From positions 100,380,001-100,444,000 of the forward strand of contig NC_086107.1 in the NCBI RefSeq assembly GCF_963921235.1: 64,000 bases of DNA, written 5' to 3'. Below the pieces are notes generated by a model. The model had not been told where the DNA came from, made no database searches, and saw only the letters and a list, made by a program, of their open reading frames with translations. Below, piece by piece: positions 1 to 12,800 of this stretch. The position numbers and the translations under genes are program-made. Position 1 is the stretch's first letter. Every line of letters starts with the position of its first letter. The DNA is from Mobula hypostoma. Lineage: Eukaryota.

Positions 1-624
1 AAAACCCTTCATTGTTTAAGAATTAAATAAAAATATCAATAGTTGATATCCAGGTCCACAAAAAGTGCTTGGGCAAGACAACTGGCAAAATCCTTGCATC
101 TACATGAACCAACAGCATCGGAATTGGCGTCCATCACAAGAACCAGTAATCAAACTGCAAAGTAGGAAAAAAAGTGTAATATTTGGCTACGAGAGAGGAA
201 GAACAAGCTGACGTTTAAGACGTACAGTAGACTGACTGTATATCAGATGCCTCCGAGTGTATCAGGTACTTATTAACAAGGGGGAAATTTTCACAAGAAT
301 CAAAATGCCACAGCGCAAGAGTACCACAATATCAAAACTTTTAACCCTTAGTAAAATAACAGTATCTGCAGAGATGCAGGAATGTTTTTCTCTCCTGATG
401 ACAAAAAAATTAAATCCGATGTATCCCCTGATGTGTTTAATTAATGAGGATGATTCCAACTTTCTGTTCAACCTCTACTAACTGAATTTCATCACGGGCT
501 TCTACACAAGAAAATATCCTGTACCATCAGTCAAATTAGGAAAAGAAATAAGAGGCTATTCAGCCCTTTGCCATCTACTGAGATCTAGCTGATCTCTACC
601 ACGACTTCATTTATCCAAATCATA

Positions 625-955
625 GCATTGAAGTTTGGGCTGACACATCAGTATAGTGCTAAGTGCTTTGCTTTCTTGGATGAAACATTAAACTAAAAGC
701 ACTTCACTCTCTCAGACAGACATTAAAAAAATCCTTTGCACTCATTTGAGAATATCCCTTGAATTCCTGCCAATATTTATTCCTGAAATAGCTCTTCTAA
801 GCAGGCCATTCTAACACTGCTGCTTGTGGGAAATTACAATGGATAAATTGACTGCCACAGCACAGATCCAACAACAGGGTAACTTCTATCCTGGTTTACA
901 AGTGCTCGAGGGCACCCTGAAAAGGATGTGAAAGGCATTATACAAGTGCAATGTT
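625..955 (+). mobile_element. Ancient Deu-domain SINE-like remnant (similar remnants near 11230-11600, 21660-22830, 39990-40200)
   Basis: GCTGACAC...GGATGAAACATTAAAC...CCTGCCAATATTTAT...TGTGGGA...GTGAAAGGCATTATACAAGTGCAA resembles AmnSINE/SacSINE with an L2-type tail; recognised from memory. Confidence 0.45.
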
Positions 956-2289
956 TTAATGGCCAGTTATCAGGACTTAGGTCCCGGCAAAACCACATCA
1001 ATAATTCAAGTTTCTCAGTCAATAGCCCATGAAGACCCTCGATGTTATTTCAGAAGGATCATTACTTCAGCTGCCAACCAAGACATGCAGCAATGAGTCG
1101 GTTCAACAGAACAACAATGCCAGCAGCAGTGGGATTCTCTGGCAATTTCTCAGCGAGGGAAGCCATTATTCCAAGCAGCAACAAATAAACAATTCCTAAA
1201 CTATCACTGCGTCTAATGCAGGTCCCAAGTTTCAAGCTTTGGTTACAGTGATTAGCAGAACAGGTCAACACTCAATAAAAGTATTCAAATGCATAGCAGA
1301 CAGCAAGTCTTTGGAGAAGATGAGGAGATAGTCGGGATAGAGGGAGGTACGAGTCAGTGATAATGACTTGGGGAATGTGAATGAATCAGTGGAATAGTTC
1401 AGAAGAGTCCTCTTTCTCCCATGAAATGGAAAAGGCCCCATGCATTTGGTGGACTTGAAGAGCTTTACTGGGCCGGTGGACAGTACAGAAGTTCTTGCTA
1501 GCAAAAGAGATCAAAGGTCATTGTGGAAGTGGCTGATTCTCTGGACCAGCAGAGGATCTGAGGAAATGAGAAAAGGACACAAAGAATGTACGCGACAGTC
1601 AAGGGGTTGTTATTAGGGTGAGAGAGGATGATGGGTCAGCGAGGTGGTGATGGAGTAGGGTTATAGGAGGAGGAGGAGAGGGAACTGGGGTAAACGGGAT
1701 GGAGCAAGGGAGAAGACAACACACCACAGTCGATGGTGGGTCAAGTCAGTAAAAGATACGGACTGAACGACCGGGTTAACAGAGGTGATGTAACTCGGCA
1801 GTTTCAGTGGGGGAAGAAGGGTTTACGCCAACGCCAGCATGGACAGTATGGTGTTGGTCACAACCCCATACATTCCATCAGTCAATGGGGTTCAAATCCT
1901 GGCACAGATGATGAGGATCGTGAGGAGATGAAGTGATTAATTGGGGGGAGGGGGGGAAGTTACCCATTATGGCCCATTGGTCAATGGGAAACACAACTTG
2001 GCAGGGTCAATAGAGGAGGAATAGAGTAGATCAATAGGTATTACAATTCAAAAAGGAGTCAGTGAATGATGGCAGAATCAAAGAGGGGACTACTTTTCCA
2101 GTGGAATCAAAAGGGGGAAGTGATGGGTAGCCCGACCCGAAGTGAATGACGGCAGGATCAATGGGATGCCCACCAGAGCAGGATCGTGGACATAGGATAG
2201 GGAGGGAGATCTCGGTCGGGTTGATGGGGCAACTCTGCCGGGCCAGGTTGGGGTGACAGTGGAGGCCTCAGCGATGAATCAATGACAGC

Positions 2290-2865
2290 GGGATCAGCGA
2301 GGCAGCAGCTGTGCCCGCAGACCAGGGGAAAGCCCGGCGCTGCTCGGACCTGACCTCCGGACACCGGGTAACGGGGCGCTGACGGGCTGCACTTCAGCGG
2401 ATCCTACCTTGGCTTCCCGCAGCAGCTCGTTGTAGTTGTACTCCGTGTGGCTGCGATCGCTCGGCTCGCTCAGCTTCAGGCCGAAGCGCACGTTGCCCTG
2501 GTCGCCCCGCTCCTCTCGCCGCTTCTTCTTGGGGGCAGCGGGAGGCGCGGGCACGGCTTCGGGCGCGCTCACGGTGTTGAAGGCCACCCTCCGGGGTTCT
2601 GACATGTCTGCGCGGGGCGAGCGAGGCGGGCGGGCCTGCCGCGCCGCGCCGGGGCCGGGGCCGAGGCCAGGGCCGGCGCCAGGCCGCTGAGTGGCTGCGG
2701 GCGCGATCAAACCCCCCCTCCCCTCACCGAGCCCACACCAGCGCCGCCATCATGCGCGTCGCGACGTCACGGAAAGGCGTACGCTTTGCACGTTACGTCA
2801 TGGTCATACGCGCTTGCGTCAACTTAAACTAACCGTGCGTCACTGCAACTCTAGTGATGTCATAA
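2290..2865 (-). promoter_or_regulatory. CpG island / promoter of UBN2
   Basis: Very GC- and CpG-rich stretch over exon 1, with a YY1-like CCGCCATC, an NRF1-like CATGCGCG and CGTCA (CRE half-site) motifs at 2765, 2796, 2817 and 2838. Confidence 0.75.
2408..2605 (-). CDS. UBN2: Ubinuclein-2, first coding exon (66 codons, MSEPRRVAFNTVS...VRFGLKLSEPSDRSHTEYNYNELLREAK)
   Basis: ATG at 2605-2603 and GT donor (AAG|GTAGG) at 2407-2406. N-terminus matches ubinuclein (human UBN2 MAEPRRVAF; conserved VRxxLxLxxP...EFxYxEL block). Lies in a CpG island downstream of TTC26 on the same strand, as in the human TTC26-UBN2 pair. Further exons lie beyond the window start. Confidence 0.85.
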
Positions 2866-2926
2866 CTGTTGTTCTCTCTTTGACAGGAGTTTATTGTCAT
2901 ATACAGAAATACATGTACAGAACAAA

Positions 2927-3524
2927 ATAAATGTAATGTTGAAATTGTACAAGGCATTGGTGAGGCCAAATTTGGAGTATTGTGTACAGTTTTGGCCACG
3001 GAATTATAGGAAAGATGTCAACAAAATAGAGAGAGTACAGAGAAGATTTACTAGAATGTTACCTAGGTTTCATCACCTAAGTTACAGAGAAAGGTTGAAC
3101 AAGTTGGGTCTTTATTCTTTGAAATGTAGAAGGTTAAGGGGGGACTTGATAGAGGTATTTAAAGTTATGAGGGGGATAAATAGAGTTGACGTGGATAGGC
3201 TTTTTCCATTGACAGTGGGGGAGATTCAAACAAGAGGACATGAGTTGAGAGTTAAAGGGCAAAAGTTTAGGGGTAACATGAGGGGGAACTTCTTTACTCA
3301 GAGAGTGGTAGCTGTGTGGAACGAGCTTCCAGCAGAAGTGGTTGAGGCAGGTTCGATGTTGTCGTTTAAAGTTAAATTGGACAGCTATATGCACAGGAAA
3401 GGAGTGGGGGGTTATGGGCTGAGTGCAGGTCGGTCGGGCTAGGTGAGAGTAAGAGTTCAGCATGAACTAGAAGGGCCGAGATGGCCTGTTTCCGTGCTGT
3501 AATTGTTATATGGTTATATGGTTA
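2927..3524 (+). mobile_element. CR1 LINE 3' fragment
   Basis: LYKALVRPNLEYCVQFW...FFTQRVV..WN.LP CR1 ORF2 end; (TATGGTTA)-type tail. Confidence 0.9.
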
Positions 3525-4804
3525 AAGTCTATTATAGTGCAAAGAGGTCAAAATTACGTTGATGTATTTTGGCATTGCTTTTCTCCACAGGTGTATACAA
3601 TCTGTTTTGCCTACCTTGAGAACTCCTACTCCTACTTTCACAGCTCAGATCCACCTTTTCGAAAGAGTTAACACCCAGTCTTGCAAATATAAGCTCCAGG
3701 TTCTTATCTACATCTCTGTGCATCTTTTGCAGTGCTTCCTCAACATTTTTCTTAATATGCCATTTAGAACATTACACAATACTCTGAGTGTAACCGAACC
3801 AAGGTTTTGTTTGGTTTATCATTGTTTTATCATTACCTCTCTATTTTCAACCCTGGCCCAACAGTGTGGTTTGCTTGTAAGTCCTTGATAACCTGTAGGT
3901 TACACCTTGCGATTTAGATGTAAAACCAGAAAATAATGGAAATGCCCAGAAAGCCAAGTGGGAGCTGAATAAAGAGAAACCAAAGTCAATGTTTCAGGTT
4001 CCGGTCCCTTCATTCATGATTTGGACGATAATGAAAAGAGACTGCAAATGAGGAAAGTTCTAACCCAGGGCTTTGACCTGAAGCATTAACTCTCTTTTTC
4101 CACAGATGCCACCTGTGCCTCCAGATTCTCCATTTCCATTATGTTATGTTGGTCCTCCCAGATCTTCATATTCCTGATCCCTATTTGGATATTCCTTTGT
4201 CAGGGAGTCATAGAGCATACAGCACAGATACAGGCCCCTTATCCCTCCAAACCCATCCTGACTTTTTTGCCCACATTAAGACCATGTCCTTCTACACCTT
4301 GTCTATTTAGCTGACCATCTAACTGCTTCGTAAACATTGCTGTTGTTGGCCAGATCAGAGATGGTGACAAACTGGCAGATAGGAGAAGGGCAGAAAACCT
4401 GGTTGAATGGTGCCAAAACAACAACCTCTCACTCAACGTCAGCAAAATCAAAGAGATGAAGGAAGAAGCTGAAGGTCCATGAGCCAGACCTCATTATGTG
4501 ATTGGAGGGGACAAGTGTCGGTAAATTTATCATATCGGAGGATCCATACTGGGTCATAAGTGCCATCACAAAGAAGACACAATAGTGCCTCTACTTTTTT
4601 TTTTGAAGTTTTCAAAGATTCAGCATGTCAGCAAAAACTTGGACTAAATCCTATAGATGCACAGTGGAGAGTATCTTTGCCGATTTCATCGTGGCTTGGT
4701 ATGGAAACACCAATGCCTGGGAACGGAAAAGTCTACAGAATGTGGTGGAAACAGCCCTGTCTATCATAGGCAAAGCTCTCCCCAACAGAGAGCATATTTA
4801 GAAG

Positions 4805-5368
4805 GAGTATTGCGTACAGTTTTGGTCTCCAAATTTGAGGAAGGACATTCTAGCTATTGAGGGAGTTCAGTGTAGGTTCATGAAGTTAATTCCGGGATGG
4901 CGGGACTGTCATATGTTGAAAGATTGGAGCGACTGGGGTTGTATACTCTGGAATTTAGAAGGATGAGAGGGGATCTGATTGAAACATATAAGATTATTAA
5001 GGGATTGAACATGCTAGAGTCAGGAGACATGTTCCCAATGTTGGGGGAGTCCAGAACCAGAGACTACAGTTTAAGAATAAGGGGTAGACCATTTAGAACG
5101 GAGTTGAGGAAAAACTTTTTCACACAGAGGGTTGTGGTTCAGTGGAATGCTCTGCTTCAGAAGGCAGTGGAGGCCAATTCTCTGGATTATTTCAAGAAAG
5201 CATTAGATAGAGCTCTTAAAGATAGCAGAGTGAAGGGAGATGGGGAGAAGGCAGGAAAAGGGTACTGATTGTGGATGATCAGCCATGATCACAGTGAATG
5301 GTGGTGCTGGCTCGAAGGGCTGAATGGCCTACTCCTGCACCTATTATCTATTGTCTATTGTCTATTGA
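4805..5368 (+). mobile_element. CR1 LINE 3' fragment, nested in a Rex1/Babar-like LINE remnant (about 4320-5828)
   Basis: ORF 4897..5268 CR1 C-terminus; (CTATTGT)n tail. Confidence 0.88.
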
Positions 5369-5888
5369 GTACTGCCAAAAAAAATCAGCATCCATTATCA
5401 AGGACCATCCACGCAAAGCTCTGTTCTCATTTCTACCATGGGGCAGAAGGGACAGGAGCCTTAGGTCCCACCAGGTCAGGAACAGTTATTACCTTACAAT
5501 CATCAAGCTCCTGAACTCATGTGAATAACTTCACTCACCTCAACTCTGAACTGATTCCACAACCAATGGACTCACTTTCAAGGACTCGACAACTCATGTT
5601 CTCCAGATTATTTATTTATTTTTATTTTTATCTTTTATTTTAAAGGAAGAATGTGTCTTCCTTTGCACATTGGTTATTTGCCATCTTTGCTTCTGTATAA
5701 TTTTCCATAAATTCTATTGTGTTTCTTTATTTTCCTGTAAATGCCTGTAAGAAAATGACTCTCAAGGTGGTATACAGTGACGTATATGCACTTTGATAGT
5801 AAATTTACATTGACTTTTGACTTTGATTTTCCACTACTTTCTCTGGAGTCGTTGATATCATACACTCAGTGCCCACTTTATTAGGAAC

Positions 5889-6739
5889 TGTCATGTGTGA
5901 AGCCAAGCAGAGCTGCAGAACGGATGATGTTAATGAGAGAGATAATGACAGACAACGGAGAGCCATTCAAAATGCTAATAAGAGAGAAGAGAGAGATAAC
6001 GAGAGAGAGAGACACATAACTCAGATGTTGGCGTCTGCCACAGACAGTTTGCTTTGAACCTGAACTGTTCATTAACAATCCTGTTGAGACAACAGGAAGT
6101 GTGAAGTTTGATGGACAGGTGATACTCCATCAGGGGGATAAAAATAATGGGTTTGCTAAGGCACGACACACGCCACAAGACCCTGGAAAGAGCAGTGTGC
6201 CCCACAGGTTGGTGGGAGTTTGGAGGACCGATTCGCGGGAATTGGTCAGAGGCTCACAGGGTGTAAAGGTACGACCGGTGGGGACCTGTTGTGTGTCCGT
6301 CCTTGCCTGGGTGCCCGGTTCACCACAGAAGAACGGTCGCATCCAGAACGGAGAGGTCACAGTCGGTGACCACAGCGGGATCAGAAGGCATCAAAAGGTT
6401 TGCCTGAAACCAGCTGTATCTCTCACTCTCTCTCTCTCCCCCCAACGGTACAACAACAGCGATTACTTCGAACTACACTAGACTGAACTGAACTCTGCAT
6501 CACCTTAAGACTGATCATTTTACCCCCAGACTGCAATAGAGCTTGGTTGATTCCTATTACCCTATTTCTGTGTATATGTGTGTAATATCATTGCTAACCT
6601 GTTACATTTATATCCTTGCGGTTAGTATACTGTATTACTTACTTTTGTTAATAAAACTTTATTAGTTTCTAGTAATCACGGACTCCAATCAGTGGTCCAT
6701 TTCTGCTAGTTTGACAACCCAATTACGGGGTACATAACA
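5889..6739 (+). mobile_element. Solo LTR (about 850 bp)
   Basis: TGTCATGT...ACATAACA ends; GAAC/GTAC 4-bp TSD; AATAAA near 6650; homologous to 43545-44395 in opposite orientation. Confidence 0.8.
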
Positions 6740-6979
6740 GTACACCTGCTTATTACTGCAAACACCTGTCATCCGAACATGTGGCAGCAACTCAATGCAT
6801 AAAAGCATGCCAACACGGTCAAAAGGTTCAGTTGTTGTTCAGATGAAATATCGGAATGGGGAAGAAATCTGACTTAAGTAATTTTGACTGCAGAATGATT
6901 GTTGGTGCCAGACAGAGTGATTTGAGTATATCAGATACTGCCGAGCTCCTGGGATTTTCATGCCCAACCGTCTCCAGAG

Positions 6980-7052
6980 CAGGGGTTCCCAACCTTTTTT
7001 GTATGCCATGGATCCCAACCATTAACTGAGGACCCCAGGTTAGGAACCTCTG
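6980..7052. mobile_element. 73-bp hAT (Charlie-like) mini-MITE
   Basis: CAGGGGTTCCCAACCT...AGGTTAGGAACCTCTG TIRs; degenerate 8-bp TSD CTCCAGAG/CTCTACAG. Confidence 0.7.
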
Positions 7053-7290
7053 CTCTACAGAGTTTACAGAGAAATGTGTGAGAAACAAAGAAAAACATCC
7101 AGTCAGTGCCTTGTTAATGAGAGAGGTCAAAGGAGAATGGCCAGACTGGTTCAAGCTGACAGGAAGATGACAGTAACTCAAATAACCACACGTTACAATA
7201 GTGGTGTGCAGAAGAGCATCTCTGAACGCACAACACGTTGAACCTTGAGGTGGATGGGCTACAGCAGCAGAAGATAGCGAATATAGGCTC

Positions 7291-7919
7291 AAACAACAGG
7301 AATTCTGCAGATGCTGGAAATTCAAGCAACACACATCAAAGTTGCTGGTGAACGCAGCAGGCCAGGCAGTATCTATAGGAAGGGGTACAGTCGACGTTTT
7401 GGGCCGAGACTCTTCGTCAGGACTAACTGAAGGAAGAGTTAGTAAGAGATTTGAGTGGGAGGGGGAGGGGGAGATCCAAAATGATAGGAGAAGACAGGAG
7501 GGGGAGGGATGGAGCCAAGAGCTGGACAGGTGATAGGCAAAAGGGATATAAGAGGATCACGGGACAGGAGGTCCGGGGAGAAAGACAAGGGGGGGGGGAG
7601 CCCAGAGAATGGGCAAGGGGTATAGTCAAAGGGACAGAGGGAGAAAAAGGAGAGAGAGAGAAAGAATGTGTGTATAAAAATAAATAACAGATGGGGTACG
7701 AGGGGGAGGTAGGGCATTAGCAGAAGTTAGAGAAGTCGATGTTCATGCCATCAGGTTGGAGGCTACCCAGACGGAATATAAGGTGTTGATCCTCCAACCT
7801 GAGTGTGGCTTCACCTTTACAGTAGAGGAAGCCGTGGATAGACATATCAGAATGGGAATGGGATGTGGAATTAAAATGTGTGGCCACTGGGAGATCCTGC
7901 TTTCTCTGGCGGACAGAGC
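7291..7919 (-). mobile_element. Penelope-like 3' fragment (GIY-YIG end + pLTR)
   Basis: ORF 7717..8022 ends ...FRLGSLQPDGMNIDFSNF; same pLTR as the 44.6 and 57.5 kb copies; hammerhead remnant at 7389-7424 (GAAA mutated to AAAA). Confidence 0.9.
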
Positions 7920-8039
7920 TCAATAGCCGCTTTACTAAGTACAGGAGGTACCTAATAAAATGGTCACTGAGTTTATGTAACATTACTTGTTTGCTAAAAT
8001 GTAGTCGGTCACACTTTTCCATGCAGGATTATTTATCAT

Positions 8040-8628
8040 TCAAGGCCTTGGTAAGACCACACCTGGAGTACTGTGTGCCATTTTGATCCCCTAATCTGAG
8101 GAAAGACATTCTTGCCATAGAGGGAGTACAAAGAAGGTTCACCAGATTGATTCCTGGGATGGCAGGACTTTCATATGAAGAAAGACTGGATTGACTAGGC
8201 TTATACTCGCTGGAATTTAGAAGACTGAGGGGGGATCTTATTGAAACGTATAAAATTCTAAAGGGATTGGACAGGCTAGATGCAGGAAGATTATTCCCAA
8301 TGTTGGGGAAGTTCAGAATGAGCAGTCACAGTTTGAGGATAAAGGGGAAGCCTTTTAGGACCAAGATGAGGAAAAACTTCTTCACACAGAAAGTGGTGAA
8401 TCTGTGGAATTCTCTGCCACAGGAAACAGTTGAGGCCAGTTCATTGGCTATATTTAAGAGGGAGTTAGATATGGCCCTCATGACTAAAGGGATCAGGGGG
8501 TATGGAGAGAAGGTAGGTACAGGGTTCTGAGTTGGATGATCAGCCATGATCATACTGAATGGCGGTGCAGGCTCGAAGGGCCGAATGGCCTACTCCTGCA
8601 CCTATTTTCTATGTTTCTATGTTTCTAT
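8040..8628 (+). mobile_element. CR1 LINE 3' fragment
   Basis: KALVRPHLEYC...; ORF 8267..8530; (TTTCTATG)n tail. Confidence 0.88.
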
Positions 8629-9727
8629 TAAGAGATTGTGGATGTCACTAATGAGCCACTATTGAGAATTAGAATTTATTTAAGTCTTACAATCATCCCA
8701 CAATGTGAGGGAGTAAAAATCTTTGCGTTATGACTCCATTGCAACATAAGACATGTGAATTTAAATGTCTAACGGCTTGTAGAAAGAAGCTGTTGGTCCT
8801 GGCGTTAATGCTGCGGTACCATATGCCCGATGGGAGCAGCTGAACCAGTTTATGGTCGGGGTGACTGGTGATCCCGATGATCTTCCAGGCCTTCTTTATG
8901 CGCCTGCTGCTGTAAATCTCCTCAATGGAGGAGTTCATGTCCACAGATGCGCTGGGCTGTCCGTGCCACTCTCTGCAGTGCCCAGTGCGCAAGGTTGGCG
9001 CAGTTCCCATGCCAGGCGGTGATAATGCCAGTCAGGATGCTCTCAATTGTTGCCTGTCTCCAAAAAGCTACATACATGCAAGTAGGTTGATGTGATGGTG
9101 GGGGGCGGGGGTCACCTGAATATATTGCTACAATGAGGTGCTCTGCTATCCATTTTAGAGAGCAATTAAGAGCAGAGGGCCTTGGCTCCCTAGCATGCCA
9201 AACCAGGAAAGAGCAGCAGATTTCTTGCCCTAAAGGATGTAAGTGAACCAGACACACATCACCCAGTATTTCCATGGTCACCCTTAATTTCCACCCTTAA
9301 TTAAAAACAAATGTTAATTCCCCAGTGGAATTCAAATTCGTGTCTCCAGATCATTTTCCCAGGCCTTTGAACTGTTGGTCCCGTAATTTAACCTGCTACG
9401 CCGCTGTTCTATTTGTTATGCTAATTACATGCTTATTTTGCAAGTTTATTAATACCCTTTTGTTGTCGCCTTCATTTTTGAATATTCCCCAATTTTGTGT
9501 TACTTGCAAATTTAGCAGATGAATTCTGATTACAAAGACTGAAACATTAGCATAAATTATGAACGGCAGTGGCTCGCATGCTGATCACACGTGACCCCAC
9601 CTCCAACCTGACCACACATTCCGCCTCTATACACCCAGTCCAGTTGACTCTGCATTCTTTCAAACATCAAACTGTTAAGTGGCATCTCTGTGGAATTCTG
9701 TTGTAACTGCTACCTGACACACTTTAC

Positions 9728-9877
9728 TAACTTTTCCTTCAGTTAGTCCTGACGAAGGGTCTTGGCCTGAAACGTCGACTGTACCTCTTCCTAGAGATGC
9801 TGCCTGGCCTGCTGCGTTCACCAGCAACTTTGATGTGTGTTGCTTGAATTTCCAGCATCTGCAGAATTCCTGTTGTT
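9728..9877 (+). mobile_element. 150-bp Penelope pLTR-end insertion
   Basis: Matches the pLTR 3' end; 9-bp TSD ACACTTTAC at 9719-9727 and 9878-9886. Confidence 0.88.
9745..9780 (+). ncRNA. Minimal type I hammerhead ribozyme motif, intact core
   Basis: AGTC CTGACGA AGG GTCTTGG CCT GAAA CGTC/GACT: stem I AGTC/GACT, CUGANGA box, stem II AGG/CCT, GAAA, palindromic ACGT stem III; predicted cleavage after 9776. Confidence 0.8.
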
Positions 9878-12800
9878 ACACTTTACATTTGCTGATTCTC
9901 CCCCTGACCATTGTGGGTTGGTAGGTTAGTTGCCCACAGCACATTTCCAAAGTGTAAAGGTGAGTGGTAGAATCTGGAAGGAGATAATGGGAATCTGGAA
10001 TAAAATGGGATTTGTGTAAGGTTCTTGCACGGTCGATATTGTCCAGTGGGCCAAAGGGCTTGATTCTCTGTTCTATATCTTGATACCATTCATTCATTCA
10101 TTATGAGCCGTGGGCGATCAGGGTCTTGCCATTATCATGGTCGTTCTTGGCAATTTTTCCCTACAGAAGTAGTTTGCCATTGCCTTCTTCTGGGCAGTGC
10201 CTTTACAAGACGGGTGAGCCCCCCATTACCAACACTCTTCAGAGATTGCCAGTGGTCGTGTAACCAGGACTTGCGATAGGCACCGGCTGCTCATACGACC
10301 ACCCACCACCCACTTCTCGTTGCTACCATGGGGAGGAGGTGCAGGAGCCTGAAGATACGGAAGGAACAACTTCTTCCCCTCTGTTGTCAGATTTCTCAAC
10401 CCTTGAACTCCACTTTGTAACTCCCTTCTTTTTGTGCTACATATTTATTTAGTAACCTGTAGTTACTTTATGTCTTTGCGCCGTGCTACTGCCACAAAAC
10501 ATGAGATTTCACGTCGTTTAAGACACTAATAATAAGCCTAACTCCGATTCTTTATCGGTTGTGCTTCATTCACCGCTGCGACCAAGTGATGAATTGATTC
10601 TGGCATCTTCGCCCTTCCTTTCCATTCCCGAGGAAGGGTTCGAGCCGAGTGTTTATTCACTTCCTTGCTTTCGCAGTAGCTTTTCACTCCCCAGTCCTGC
10701 CGGACGGTATGAACTTCCCCTTGCTGAAAATCTTTACATAGAAAGGAGTCTTGTACATACCGTTGAAGCTATATTTCTGAATTCCCCTTGCACATCTCAA
10801 TGGCTTAATTGATTTCAGCGTGATTAAAATCTCCCTTGATTATTATTTCATGCTAGTTTTTACAATTTCCCCGATTCCTTCACATATTTCTTAATTTCTC
10901 TCTCAATTTTAGGTGCCCCATAGTCTAATGTGATCGATTCCTTTATTACCTTTTATTTTCCACTTGGATTCTATTCGTGTGCTACACATGACTACATCAC
11001 TTCTCTCCTGTCAGAGTGTATTTTCTAATAACCACAGCTGTTTTAACTCTCCTTTTATCCACTCAATCTTTGCAGAGTGTTGTTCAGTATGTCTGGCAGT
11101 GGTTAATTTACAGCCTGACATTTTGATGCTCCTGCCTCAATTATTCCTGTTATAGTTCTACCTTCCAGTTTTATTATAGACTTTGCACATTAGTGTATAG
11201 AATAAAAACCGCAATAAAATGAAGAAAGATTCGGTTCTTTACGACGCCTTTCGTGACCTCAGGTCAGCTCAGCGTATTTTACAGCCAATTAAACACTTTT
11301 TGAAGTGTTGACTCTGTGGTACTGAAAGTCACACACCCTGACACACAGTCTCACAAAAAGTAGTGTCAGAACAAGCACATTATTTACTAAAGTATTGACA
11401 GCATAAAACTTGACTAGGACACTTCCATATGTTTCTTAATAATAGTGTAAAATGCTCTTTTCCGTCTGGCTGAGAGATGTAAACCCTGGATTAAAGTCTG
11501 ACGTTATGAATAATCGAACATCTACAGGGGCAGCCCAGGTCACTTGTTCGAGTCTCTGGAAGGGGACTTAGAGACATGAGTTCTCCCACTTAACCGCAGT
11601 TTGTGGTGATGGAACCACTTTCATGATATTAAATGATTAACGAAATAATGGAACCAGGGCAGAAAGGGCCAGGTGTGTGCTATCAGGATGGCTTCACACT
11701 CAGCCACGTTGGCAATAAATATTCTGTTTGCCTTTTTAATTGCCTGCTGCGCCTGCATGCTAACTCTTTTCTGTTTTAAGTCCAACAGTAGCCACATCCT
11801 TGAATCGTTTGTCGTTAATGTACTGTGTCATGTAACATGGCTGATCATGATCTTTCCATGACCACGGCTGTTCTTGACAATTTTTTTCCACAGAAGTGGT
11901 TTGCCATTGACCTCTTCTATGCAGTGTCTTCACAAGACCGGTGGTAGTTACTGTCTGTTACGCCACTGGATTTAGGGCAGCAACGAATGTCCTCATCTCT
12001 GTCTGTCCTTGGCTAACACATAGACGTAGGATTCTTCATTGCCGTTTCCGTAACGATTTTTTTTTGACCAATCAGGGTTGTTAGCCCTGAGTTGAACTCT
12101 CAAAACCTGAAAGGACAGGTTGACCACTCTTAGTATGGCCTCTACCCTTTGACCTGTTTGGCATGGGTGACCTTACCGAGAGTCGAAGCACAATTCCAGC
12201 CAACACAGCTCTCTGGATCACGGAGAGACCTGTTTTGTAAAGGCATTGCCCAGAAGAAGGCTGGGGTCACACTCAAGCCTCCAAACCCTACGACAAGGTT
12301 GTGGTCCTCCTGGAGGTTACAAGGTGGGTGACCCCAGCCATTACCAATACTCTTCAGAGATTGTCTGCCTGGTGTGAGTGGTCGCATAATCAGGACTTGT
12401 GATATGCACTGGCTGCTCGTACAACCGTCCACCACCTGTTCCCATGGCTTCACGTGACCCCAATCAGGGGGGTTAAGCAGGTGTTACACCTTGCCCAAGG
12501 GTGACCTGCAGGCTAGTGGAGGGAATGAGCACCTTGTACCTCTTTTGGGAGAGACATATCTCCATCCTGCCACCCAACATCTTTGAACATCTGCTTTTAT
12601 AGAATATCCGCTGTATTATTCTTCCTGTGAAAGAATAACCTCACATTTTAGAGTCCTTGGCTCATCCTACACAAAATGGCGGTCATGGTGTTCGTCATGT
12701 TCATACCGACTTCTTGGCCCACCAACACTAATCCCATCCGCCCATGTTAGGATCGTATTCTTCAATGCCTTGTCTATTTAACAACCTCCCTAAAACGATC

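Larger units (their letters stand above)
5863..7973. mobile_element. Tc1/mariner-type non-autonomous element hosting three nested insertions
   Basis: TA-flanked TIRs CACTCAGTG(G/C)CCACTTTATTAGG ... CCTAATAAAATGGTCACTGAGT; contains a solo LTR, a hAT mini-MITE and a Penelope fragment. Confidence 0.8.

Noticed and set aside
2294..2710. 138-aa ORF as the full UBN2 exon
   Set aside because: Homology starts at the ATG at 2605 and a good donor follows codon 66; the flanking parts are 5' UTR and intron read-through.
12330..12576. Possible HDV-like ribozyme at the 5' end of an RTE-like SINE (minus strand GGGTGGC...GTCACCC pairing)
   Set aside because: A P1-like stem is present, but I could not place P3/L3, P1.1 or the catalytic C by eye.
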